64,000 bases of DNA, taken from NCBI GenBank assembly GCA_040954595.2, contig CM082590.2, forward strand, positions 3,906,001 to 3,970,000. The letters run 5' to 3'. Positions 41,301-49,900 of this stretch are shown piece after piece (position 1 is the first letter of the stretch; the number at the start of each line of letters is the position of its first letter). The notes below the pieces were generated by a model. The model did no database searches. It worked only from the letters and a program-made list of their open reading frames with translations, and had not been told where the DNA came from. The DNA comes from Balanoglossus misakiensis (taxonomy: Eukaryota > Animalia > Hemichordata). The translations under genes were made by a program, and so were the position numbers.

Positions 41301-44300
41301 CTTTCATGGCAGACTTTGCATCCATATTTCCTTCTTTGTTAGCCTCTTTCTGTGCATGTTCCAAGAGTAAACCCATTTCTCTTTCGGCCTTAGAGATGTA
41401 TGACACAATGTACACAACACAGGCATAAGCATCCACCACAAACTGAATGTCCATGTTTGCATTCCAGCAACGGAGAAGGTTGGTATTATATTGGTTCACC
41501 CAAACATCACTTGGCTCACGTTTTAGAACTACACTTGTCTTCTTTGCCAAAATTGCATTTGCTTGTTCAAACATCTCCTGAGATATGCCAACTGCATTGA
41601 ACAAATCATCAATAGTATCAATTTGTTTCTCTTTATCACACAGGCATGTCCACACTCGTTCTAAAATTTGTCTAGCCTTCTTCTGAACCAATACTGTATC
41701 ATCCAACTCAAGCAAACTATTTTCAAATTCACTCTCCAGCGATGTAGACATTTGATCATCCTTACACTGATCGTCATCTGTTACCTCTATTCCGGTATCT
41801 ATGCTGACAGATGGGTGGCATATAAAGGTTTTGTTTGAAGGAGGTCGGGGGAAGTTGAATCGACATGTAGTACCCTTTTTCTTGCAAGATTTTGAATGCC
41901 TTGAGCTGTGTTTCTGGACTGTTTTCACAATCTCATGCAGTACCTCATCCTCTTCAATAGAAGGCATTTCACATGTTACATATCTGTCAACAAACTCAAC
42001 AACATCCTCATCAGAATCTTTGTCCACTTTTGGTGCATTTTCAACCCAAAACAAACAGTGAGTGTGTGGTGATCCACGCTGCTGAAACTCAACTCGATAA
42101 AAATAATCTTTGATCTTCCCAATAGGACTAGCTGGTGACATTATTACCTCATTCAAGAAACAATGGAATCTATGATCAAACATTCTTGCTGCTGTTACAG
42201 GATTTCGTCTCAGGATACCACATTTCTCACACCAATCGAGATCCTCAGCATTACGTGTATCACCTTCTTCACGTAGGATAGTCTCAATTACTTCTTTCCA
42301 TCTTAAGTCAGCAGCAGAAAATGAACAGAACCATGTCGGTATACCTAACTGTCTGATCATTGCAAAAATATCTTTCTGTGTAGCTTGCCAATAAGGAGGA
42401 GTTCCTCGTACTGGTTTTAGAAACTTGTAGCCTTCATCACACTTCAATATCTCTCTCAAAGAATCCCCATCAGTCAGAACATCAGATGTCACCTTTTTGC
42501 CACAAGCGTTGGCAGTTCCTTTTCTCAAAGCGATTGAAACATTTGATACAACCTGGTCAAGTTCTGAACGATATTGTGCATAAAATATGTAGTCTGTGCT
42601 TTTTGCAAACCTGTTACTTGCATTCATGAGGCGACTCTGCAGGTATCGTCCTATTGTTATCTTAACCTCTCGATCATCGTGAAATGTTGGTGATCCAGTT
42701 GGGAATATCACAGGAAAGCACTTAGCTTCATTGAACTTCTCCATCAACACTCTAACAGGTTTATTATCCTCGCCAGGAGCAACACAAGCGATATCATCAA
42801 AGTGATAATCAAGAATATCCTGACCAATGTCAACTGGTTGAAAGCATGTGTCCATGAATATTCCATTAGTATCTCCATCAGGCTCATTTCCATTTTCTGT
42901 GTCTGATGCTACATCATTGCCTTCAGTATCTAACAATTTTTCCTCAGTGTTTTCATTACTTTCACCATTAGATTTTTCTTCAGTCTTTTCAAGAGTATTT
43001 TCCCAAGTGAGATTGAATTTGACATCATTATACCACTTGTTATTTTTCTGTAGGTATTCCAGTGCATTTTGAATGTGTCCTTTGTTTACAAATTGATACT
43101 GATAACAACCTTTGTAACTTAATTTCCGCTTTAATTTCACCTTTATCATCTGGTCATCCAATTCACCTCTAGGCAAAATACTTGTGGCCTTTTCTATATT
43201 AGACGGGACACACACAACAGGTCCGTGAACACCATTTTGTCCACCTCTTGGTAGTGCCATCATTTTCATGAAAGGAATATGCAGTGCAATTAAATGTTGC
43301 TCTAAAGAATTCAGACATTTTAATTCATCAGGGATTGGTTTGACATCAAGATTGTTTGCAGCAGCTTGAACAGGCATCTCTGCACGCAAGAGTTTGCTAT
43401 GACATGTGTGACAAATCCATAATTTACTGGCTGCACTGCTCTTAAGGGGACAATCAACAATACATAATTCACTACAGTTGTGTACATACTCTTGTGTTAT
43501 GCATTTGTTGGCATTCATTTCACAGAGACCTCCCTTAGAGACATAGTTATCCATCTTACAAACAATTACCTGTTTTCTAAAAAGTCGCCGGTGACAAACT
43601 GAACATACACAATTTGGCCCAACTGAAATCTGATTCCGGAAATCAATTATAACACGCTCTATATTTCCCTTTTCAATCTTTGTCACTTTCCTCTCAGTAC
43701 GTCTTCTCTGCAGTACAGTTTGTTTATAAACGTGATCCTGTTGGTAACGTTCCAAACATTTTTTTTTGGTCCAGTTTTGAAACTCTTCATCTCTGTTATA
43801 CTTGTCAAGAAATTGTGCTGCATTCTGACTTTTTTTGTGTTCTCGGAACTTCTGATCGTTTTGGAACTTGTCAGCAAATACTGCTGCAGTCTGTCTCTTC
43901 TTTTGTTCTCGAAACTCCAGATCTTTTTTGTACTTATGAACACATTGTGCTGCACTCTGTCTCTTCTTTTGTTCTCGGAATGTCTGATCTTTTTTGTACT
44001 TGTCAACACATTGTGCTGCACTCTGTCTCTTCTTTTGTTCTCGGAATGTCTGATCTTTTTTGTACTTGTCAACACATTGTCTCTTCTTTTGTTCTCGGAA
44101 AGTCTGATCTTTTGTGTACTTGTCAACACATTGTGCTGCACTCTGTCTCTTCTTTTGTTCTCGAAATGTCTGATCTTTTTTGTACTTGTCAACACATTGT
44201 CTCTTCTTTTGTTCTCGGAAAGTCTGATCTTTTTTGTACTTGTCAACACATAGTGCTGCATTCTGTCTCTTCTTTTGTTCTCGGAATGTCTGATCTTTTT

Positions 44301-46044
44301 TGTACTTGTCAACACATTGTCTCTTCTTTTGTTCTCGGAAAGTCTCATCTTTTTTGTACTTGTCAACACATTGTCTCTTCTTTTGTTCTCGGAATGTCTG
44401 ATCTTTTTTGTACTTGTCAACACATTGTGCTGCACTCTCACTCTTCTTGTGCTCTCTGTATAGTGGAACTTTTTCATATTTTGCCAAACATTGTTCTGCA
44501 CATACAGTTTTCTGTACTTCACGATATACTAGGTCATGATCATATCTTCCTGCAAGTCTACGTTTTTTGTTCTCTCTATACAGTACATCTTCATGATATC
44601 TCTTTCTACTATCCGATTTTATGTTGTCTCTATATTCAGAATTAGTCTGATAGCGTTCATATTGTTTAGATGCTTTAGAGCTCTTCAGACTACTGGGTAC
44701 ATTTAATTCATTCAATTTACCTCTTTCACTTTCATACTTTTCACGCCTGAGTTTCTTTTTCAACCGTTCACCAATGGCTCTACCGCGTTTCTTATTTCGT
44801 ACTGGTGCGAAACACTGTGTTGCAAAAACGTCATCCAAATGGAACTCTTTTTTCAAACCAATTTGTTTTGAACACTCATTGTCTGTCACACCCATGCATT
44901 CTCCAGTTACATTTTCAATAGGGACAACTCCATTGCAATCAATGTGTGTACAATGACAGGTTTCCAACTGTGGTGTCTTCACACACTCAACTACTTCATA
45001 ATGGTTTCTATTGCGATGGTTCAGGTATATACCAACACCTCTATCAACATTGTTTTTATTGATTATATTACATGAATGTTTCCACCAACTATCGAAACTG
45101 TACACGAAAATATTTACATTGAAGAGATTTGTAGTGGCAAGGATTTCAGTTTCTGTAGCCCATGTTCCGAGATGATCCATTCTGGACTTTGCAATGTAAT
45201 CAGCAACTGATGTATATCCATCTAACCGTACCCAGCCTGAATATACTTCCTCATTGGCTTTCAAGTGATTCACAATGGCCGTTCGAATAACTCCGTGATT
45301 TCGCTCAGTCCCACTTATACAATATGACAAGGACCTAAAAAAACAGTTCCCATCACCAATAATTGACTTGTAAATACATGGGTCTCCAATTGTTACACTT
45401 CCAAGTTTATTGAAAATATCAATATTATTTTTATCTACAATGTCAAATTTGCAACACAGCTGTTCACATACATCAAAAGTTAGTGGAAAGAATGAATATA
45501 CGCTGTCCCCTGTTCCACTACCAATATATAGGTCATCCGATGAATCATTGTCAAGACTATGTTCTTGCAGAATTTCATTACTTCCTTCAGTCTTATCAAC
45601 ACTTTGATTTTCAGTCTCAAATATCTCATTGTTGACTTTTGTACTTTCATTTTCTCTGTCACTTTTTCTGATTTTATCCATATTCCTGTTTTTAGAGAGG
45701 GCAGGCCCCTCTTTGAATTCATTTCTATTCCTGTTTTTAGAGAGGGCAGGCCCCTCTTTGTATTCATTTCTATTCCTGTTTTTAGAGAGGGCAGGCCCCT
45801 CTTTGTATTCATTTCTATTCCTGTTTTTAGAGAGGGCAGGCCCCTCTTTGAATTCATTTCTATTCCTGTTTTTAGAGAGGGCAGGCCCCTCTTTGTATTC
45901 ATTTCTATTCCTGTTTTTAGAGAGGGCAGGCCCCTCTTTGTGCTCTATAGCTATCCTGTTTTTCAAGAGGACAGGATCCTCAGACACAACAGTATCTTCA
46001 TTCTTCTGACTCCTCTTCTTCCTCCAGTATCTACTGCGTGGCAT
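38341..46044 (-). CDS. Helentron RepHel polyprotein (~2,567 aa): OTU protease, repeats, Cys-rich region, HUH Rep, PIF1-like helicase, C-terminal APE endonuclease
   Basis: OTU: IGDGNCFFRSLS...WAT...NHYE. Rep: VEFQQRGSPHTHCLFW and YIVSYISKAE. Helicase: GGAGTGKS, IIDEISM, GDFYQLPPV, QFPLKLAWACTVHKVQG, YVALSRV. EEP: LHNVEGL, CLTETW, YRPP, GDFNED, TLIDHVY. No stops. First ATG at 46044 directly follows a ttgttccag acceptor. Confidence 0.96.
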   Translation of the reverse strand: MPRSRYWRKKRSQKNEDTVVSEDPVLLKNRIAIEHKEGPALSKNRNRNEYKEGPALSKNRNRNEFKEGPALSKNRNRNEYKEGPALSKNRNRNEYKEGPALSKNRNRNEFKEGPALSKNRNMDKIRKSDRENESTKVNNEIFETENQSVDKTEGSNEILQEHSLDNDSSDDLYIGSGTGDSVYSFFPLTFDVCEQLCCKFDIVDKNNIDIFNKLGSVTIGDPCIYKSIIGDGNCFFRSLSYCISGTERNHGVIRTAIVNHLKANEEVYSGWVRLDGYTSVADYIAKSRMDHLGTWATETEILATTNLFNVNIFVYSFDSWWKHSCNIINKNNVDRGVGIYLNHRNRNHYEVVECVKTPQLETCHCTHIDCNGVVPIENVTGECMGVTDNECSKQIGLKKEFHLDDVFATQCFAPVRNKKRGRAIGERLKKKLRREKYESERGKLNELNVPSSLKSSKASKQYERYQTNSEYRDNIKSDSRKRYHEDVLYRENKKRRLAGRYDHDLVYREVQKTVCAEQCLAKYEKVPLYREHKKSESAAQCVDKYKKDQTFREQKKRQCVDKYKKDETFREQKKRQCVDKYKKDQTFREQKKRQNAALCVDKYKKDQTFREQKKRQCVDKYKKDQTFREQKKRQSAAQCVDKYTKDQTFREQKKRQCVDKYKKDQTFREQKKRQSAAQCVDKYKKDQTFREQKKRQSAAQCVHKYKKDLEFREQKKRQTAAVFADKFQNDQKFREHKKSQNAAQFLDKYNRDEEFQNWTKKKCLERYQQDHVYKQTVLQRRRTERKVTKIEKGNIERVIIDFRNQISVGPNCVCSVCHRRLFRKQVIVCKMDNYVSKGGLCEMNANKCITQEYVHNCSELCIVDCPLKSSAASKLWICHTCHSKLLRAEMPVQAAANNLDVKPIPDELKCLNSLEQHLIALHIPFMKMMALPRGGQNGVHGPVVCVPSNIEKATSILPRGELDDQMIKVKLKRKLSYKGCYQYQFVNKGHIQNALEYLQKNNKWYNDVKFNLTWENTLEKTEEKSNGESNENTEEKLLDTEGNDVASDTENGNEPDGDTNGIFMDTCFQPVDIGQDILDYHFDDIACVAPGEDNKPVRVLMEKFNEAKCFPVIFPTGSPTFHDDREVKITIGRYLQSRLMNASNRFAKSTDYIFYAQYRSELDQVVSNVSIALRKGTANACGKKVTSDVLTDGDSLREILKCDEGYKFLKPVRGTPPYWQATQKDIFAMIRQLGIPTWFCSFSAADLRWKEVIETILREEGDTRNAEDLDWCEKCGILRRNPVTAARMFDHRFHCFLNEVIMSPASPIGKIKDYFYRVEFQQRGSPHTHCLFWVENAPKVDKDSDEDVVEFVDRYVTCEMPSIEEDEVLHEIVKTVQKHSSRHSKSCKKKGTTCRFNFPRPPSNKTFICHPSVSIDTGIEVTDDDQCKDDQMSTSLESEFENSLLELDDTVLVQKKARQILERVWTCLCDKEKQIDTIDDLFNAVGISQEMFEQANAILAKKTSVVLKREPSDVWVNQYNTNLLRCWNANMDIQFVVDAYACVVYIVSYISKAEREMGLLLEHAQKEANKEGNMDAKSAMKELGGVYLHNREISAQEAVYRVCGLKLKQSSRKVQFIPTGENQIKMSLPLAAIQKKMKGGDLDEEEIWMNSIVDRYKNRPNGVDFDNMCLAKFCSEYRVVSKSEMKNVSNEKRHSPIVKLKNDVGYMQKRSISDGAVVRYARFSVTKCPEKHYGSILQLFLPYRTESQLKPSGFESFEDFYCLGAVKCGTASLEKVKMIVDANKALFETEADAIDAAGQFLDENGHLEDAWAQICPENELERLECIEEGKKCCDDDPVDDSDIPDLVKKPKGDDCHVELSNSMKKYEVEAMCRSLNKKQAEVFYTVRKWCLDKSNGKNPEPFYLFVTGGAGTGKSHLIKSIYHEAKRILARAMPDVDGISIALTAPTGVAAFNIQGTTLHHIFSIAVDSKLPYQPLREEKLNTLRCKFGNLQILIIDEISMVDKKLLYYVHGRLRQIKQSSAESPFGNVCVIAVGDFYQLPPVKASPLCIDRESVNLWNDNFSMVELTEIMRQKDCAFAEALNRVRVHKKGDTLNAGDVAMLQKCVTGETSEAMHVFATNAEVNSCNVEMLHSQCSDPVCIEAEDFSRNPKSGRLEKKEGHHVKVFRTTLPKTLTLAVGARVQLTHNIDVADGLVNGVFGTVCHIAVKPNEKFPAAIYVVFDNEKVGQGLRKKKPITISDLPVNSTPIEPQEMSVASNGGIRRQFPLKLAWACTVHKVQGLTVDKAVVSLKKMFAPGQAYVALSRVTTLDGLIINDFNKSSIYCNEKVQEALETMPKFLPKCTQKEHSNYTCSFVLHNVEGLVNHIKDICNDSEYLEADFICLTETWLSEKGTHCNLQLSGFEFNHQPRSQSYNQFDRNTSSLQLQQRGGVGVYSKLCNDFEILHLGVCNLECISFYVTKINVTVAVVYRPPSYKAEVFKKSLVCLVKAMEKYPGGKLIMGDFNEDILSRSSLVKFMEDHGFRQFVSEPTTEANTLIDHVYVKGIKYVTVNVVPKYFSFHEAISIKI
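43790..44440 (-). repeat. In-frame coding minisatellite, 54/66-bp units (QCVDKYKKDQTFREQKKR +/- SAAQ), ~10 copies
   Basis: Visible in the DNA and in the RepHel translation. Confidence 0.92.
45681..45940 (-). repeat. In-frame 45-bp minisatellite (E[Y/F]KEGPALSKNRNRN x6)
   Basis: tattcctgtttttagagagggcaggcccct at 45-bp spacing. Confidence 0.95.
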
Positions 46045-46374
46045 CTGGAACAAAGCAAATATACTGTCTAGTTAGGTTTTTACTATCCTTTCACCACCAG
46101 ACTTCGGATAACCTTCTCATCAAATCACATCACTAGTGATTATAACCAGTAAAAAGCAGTGGAACTTTTAACAGACAGAAGTGATTTATAGAAACTAAGT
46201 CCGAACAAGGTTGTAATTCAACAGCAACACATAATACACACATATCCCCATGCCTGTATACAAATAGACACATATACACACAAAGTATCACAGACACACT
46301 TTTTTTCTGCTGGAACACAGGATAAGGCTTAAATCCTAACCCCTGTATGACTTAACATTCTGGCATTCACATTA

Positions 46375-46990
46375 GAATGTGCTCAGACAAATCTCAGATC
46401 TGAGTGAAATTTTCTTTAAAAATCATTTCCACTATTTAGCAATATCAAGTCCAAGTACGATAGGCATACATGTATGAATTTGCACAGACATAAACAAATA
46501 CACGGACACCCCAACATCCACCATGTACAACCAAATAAGGCTTCAGACCTGACCCTGAATGACCCGACATTTTCCCATTTACGTTGCAATGTACTCAGCC
46601 AAATCTGAATAAAATTTCACTTCAAAACCATTTCCACCAGCTAGCAATATCAAGTCCAAGTCTGATAGGCATACATGTATGAATTTGCACACACATAAAC
46701 AAATACACGGACACCAAAACATCCACCGTGTACAACCAAATAAGGCTTCAGACCTGACCCTGAATGACCCGACATTTTCCCATTTACGTTGCAATGTACT
46801 CAGACAAATGTGAATAAAATTTCACTTCAAAACCATTTCTACCAGTTAGCAATATCAAGTCCAAGTACGATAGGCATACATGTATGAATTTGCACACACA
46901 TAAACAAATACACGGACACCCCAACATCCACCGTGTGCAACCAAATAAGGCTTCAGACCTGACCCTGAATGACCCGACATTTTCTCATTT
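46375..46990. repeat. 205-bp tandem repeat x3 upstream of RepHel
   Basis: tagcaatatcaagtccaagt at 46437, 46642, 46847. Confidence 0.92.
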
Positions 46991-49900
46991 TCATTATGCA
47001 CTCATACGAATCACAAACGATTGTTATAGACCTGATTTACACTTAACAATTTAATATACAAGTTCAATAACAAGGCAGGGATATCAAGAAACATACATCA
47101 TACCAATGTTTTATTGAAGCCACTGTTGTAAGAAACGGCACTATCCAATGGTCTTAACACCACATAGCACAATGATTGTTCTGCACATACAAGTCCCTTC
47201 CTTTCTGATGTATTCAATAAACACCATTTCTATGAACTATTCTAATATGTTTTTGTTCCATCACCCCTGAATAACAAATTCAAAGAAATGGGCTAGTGCT
47301 TTTACATGTTAACAGACGGTGCATGGAAGTGGACAATCATCCTATCTGATATTAAACCACAGTGTGACTGATAGTAGAACTAAGCAATTTCTCCGCAAAT
47401 GATTTAAAAGGCTAATTCACATTTGACACAATGCACACCTGAGTGTTAATCTATGATAATATGCACTGTTGTGCACCAACACTCACCTTGAAAACTCTTT
47501 GGTAGCCAAAATCTGTCAAGAAAATAATAAATAATAATTAATAACTAATTAACTATAAATGTATATTTAAACTAGTACATGAAAATATACAATTGCCTAC
47601 AAACAGGATAACAATTAACAATGAATTCACTGCCAAGCTTGTGATATTCAGAAATTCATATCTTGATCACAGTTTCCATACAAATGGCACATACAGGTTA
47701 CCACAGATTGATAACATAACTTGTCTTGCCCACAACATAGTTTCATGGCATCAAAATATGTTTACAAGTCAACTGTTCTTTTCATGCTCCTGCCAGATTC
47801 CATTGTCTATGTTTTGGCACACCTGTCACCACCTGAAAGCATACACACTAAAGACAGTGGTCACCAAAAATATTTGGCCAATTCTCCGCTTGTCCCCACT
47901 TTTTTACAAACAACTAAAACGTCAAATAATCCAGCAATGTTTCTGTTTTGTACTCACACAGATTGTTCAATATTTGAAGCAAAATTCCTTTCAATTATCA
48001 AAAAACAAATCGATTTAACTGATAAAAATTACAATGATAACCCCTGGGCTTTTGATCACATAAACATACAATATTCACAGAAATAAATGCAGTATTTACG
48101 TATTTGGAAAAGCCAATCCATAAATATCACACAGTTTATTTATTTTTTACAAATACACATCCCAGAAATAATACTTTACCAACGCTTGTACGTAACATAC
48201 GCATGGCACACCGATCGCCCGAATTCAACACTTCCGGTCACGAGATTCGCTTGCCTAAACCCTTTCCAGTCTAAATAATCATTTGTACATTGACTGAAAA
48301 AGAAGCTTATCTCGTAATTTCAACTTGAATGGAACGCACTAGAAACTCTGATTTACCCAGCCTCTAATTGTTCTATTTAATCCAGCAAACTCCACCATCT
48401 CAACATATATAACATTTGCCAAAACATGCATGCTTACGGTACCATGGATTCTTTACATACAGTAAGCAATCTCGACACGTTACGATAGCCGCCATATTGG
48501 AATTCGCTCGAGACGAAAATACAAAACATCTTACAAAACTGCCATCGTCTCACAAACAGACAAAATCACACTACCATTGGTTAAACAACAACTTCATAAC
48601 CAACATCACCAAGTATAATACGTTCAAACAACCGATTCTCTCATTCGTACCACATTTAAAAACTGCATGTAATTGTATACGTGTTACTCACCGGATTCAG
48701 GTCAACGCCTCTGCTGGAGTCAGATTCGTTTTCGGATTCAAGTGCGTAGGATGAAGTTGCTTTCAGATTCATACCCCATAGACGTGTTGGGTTAACACTC
48801 TGTTTATACAGCTCAATATATTGGTATATCTATACTACATCCTCTTCACAGTTAACGAATGTAATATACAGATCTGTTCACTTAAATAAAGATATGTTTA
48901 TAGCCAAACAAATACCTCTGTCAAAACTTTCACTGATTCAGATGAAAATTTTCAACTATTTACAACCAATCCACACAACACTTGTGACTAATTAACCAAT
49001 CACATAATGTGTCCATTCTAACTTTGTATTTCGCCCTCAACTACTGCATGTGTAATGATGCATGTGGATTAGTGTGTAATCATAATGTTTTGTAGTCTAC
49101 CTTCTGCCCATCATTTTTGTAATTGGACATTATGATGTCCATGTTCCAGTTTTTTTGCCACAATTTTTACTAAGTTTGCCAAGAACATGTGATTGGTCGA
49201 AGATTATGGCGGCCATATTGGATTTTCGAAAAACCATAGTAAAACTCCAACAATCTTCTCCAGAACTGGCGATAACTGAGTCGCAAGATTCGGGGAGTAT
49301 GGTCATTACACTGATGTCTATCAGGTTTGCAAAGAGCATTGTGATTGGTCGAAAAATATGGCGGCCATATTGGATTTTGTAAAAAGCAGTGAAAAATTGA
49401 AATTCCTTTTTCTAGTCTAAACATTGATAGCATGCAAATTCTTTTTATGGATATCAATCGTCATATGACTAAAATATGTTACAAATTTTTGGCGATTTTT
49501 CACCTGACCTTTGACCTACTTTTCACACATTATTATTTCTGCATATCTATTTCCAGGCTAACCTATAGGGATGCATATATAGCTCATTCTACCTGTTCTA
49601 AATGTACCAGAGTTCTGATTTTTGTGCACATTGGTATCACCCCTGCCAGGACCTACCCCAAATATTTTGGTAATTTTGGCAATGACCTTTGACCGTGACA
49701 TGGCGGCCATATTGTTTTTTCTGAAAAAATGCAAATCTCAGATCTCAGAAACTACAAGTCAGATTTACTTCAGATTTGGTGTGCTGGTAGTTTACCTTCT
49801 GCCCATCATTTTTGAAATAGGATATTTTGCTTTCAATGTTGCAGTTTTTTTGCTACAGTTGTTTTTCTGAAATCTGGTCAAAATTTCAAAAATCTTCTTC

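Noticed and set aside
43680-44645. Long overlapping ORFs (321, 279, 177 aa), and similar ones at 45480-46071
   Set aside because: Alternative frames of stop-poor minisatellites inside RepHel.
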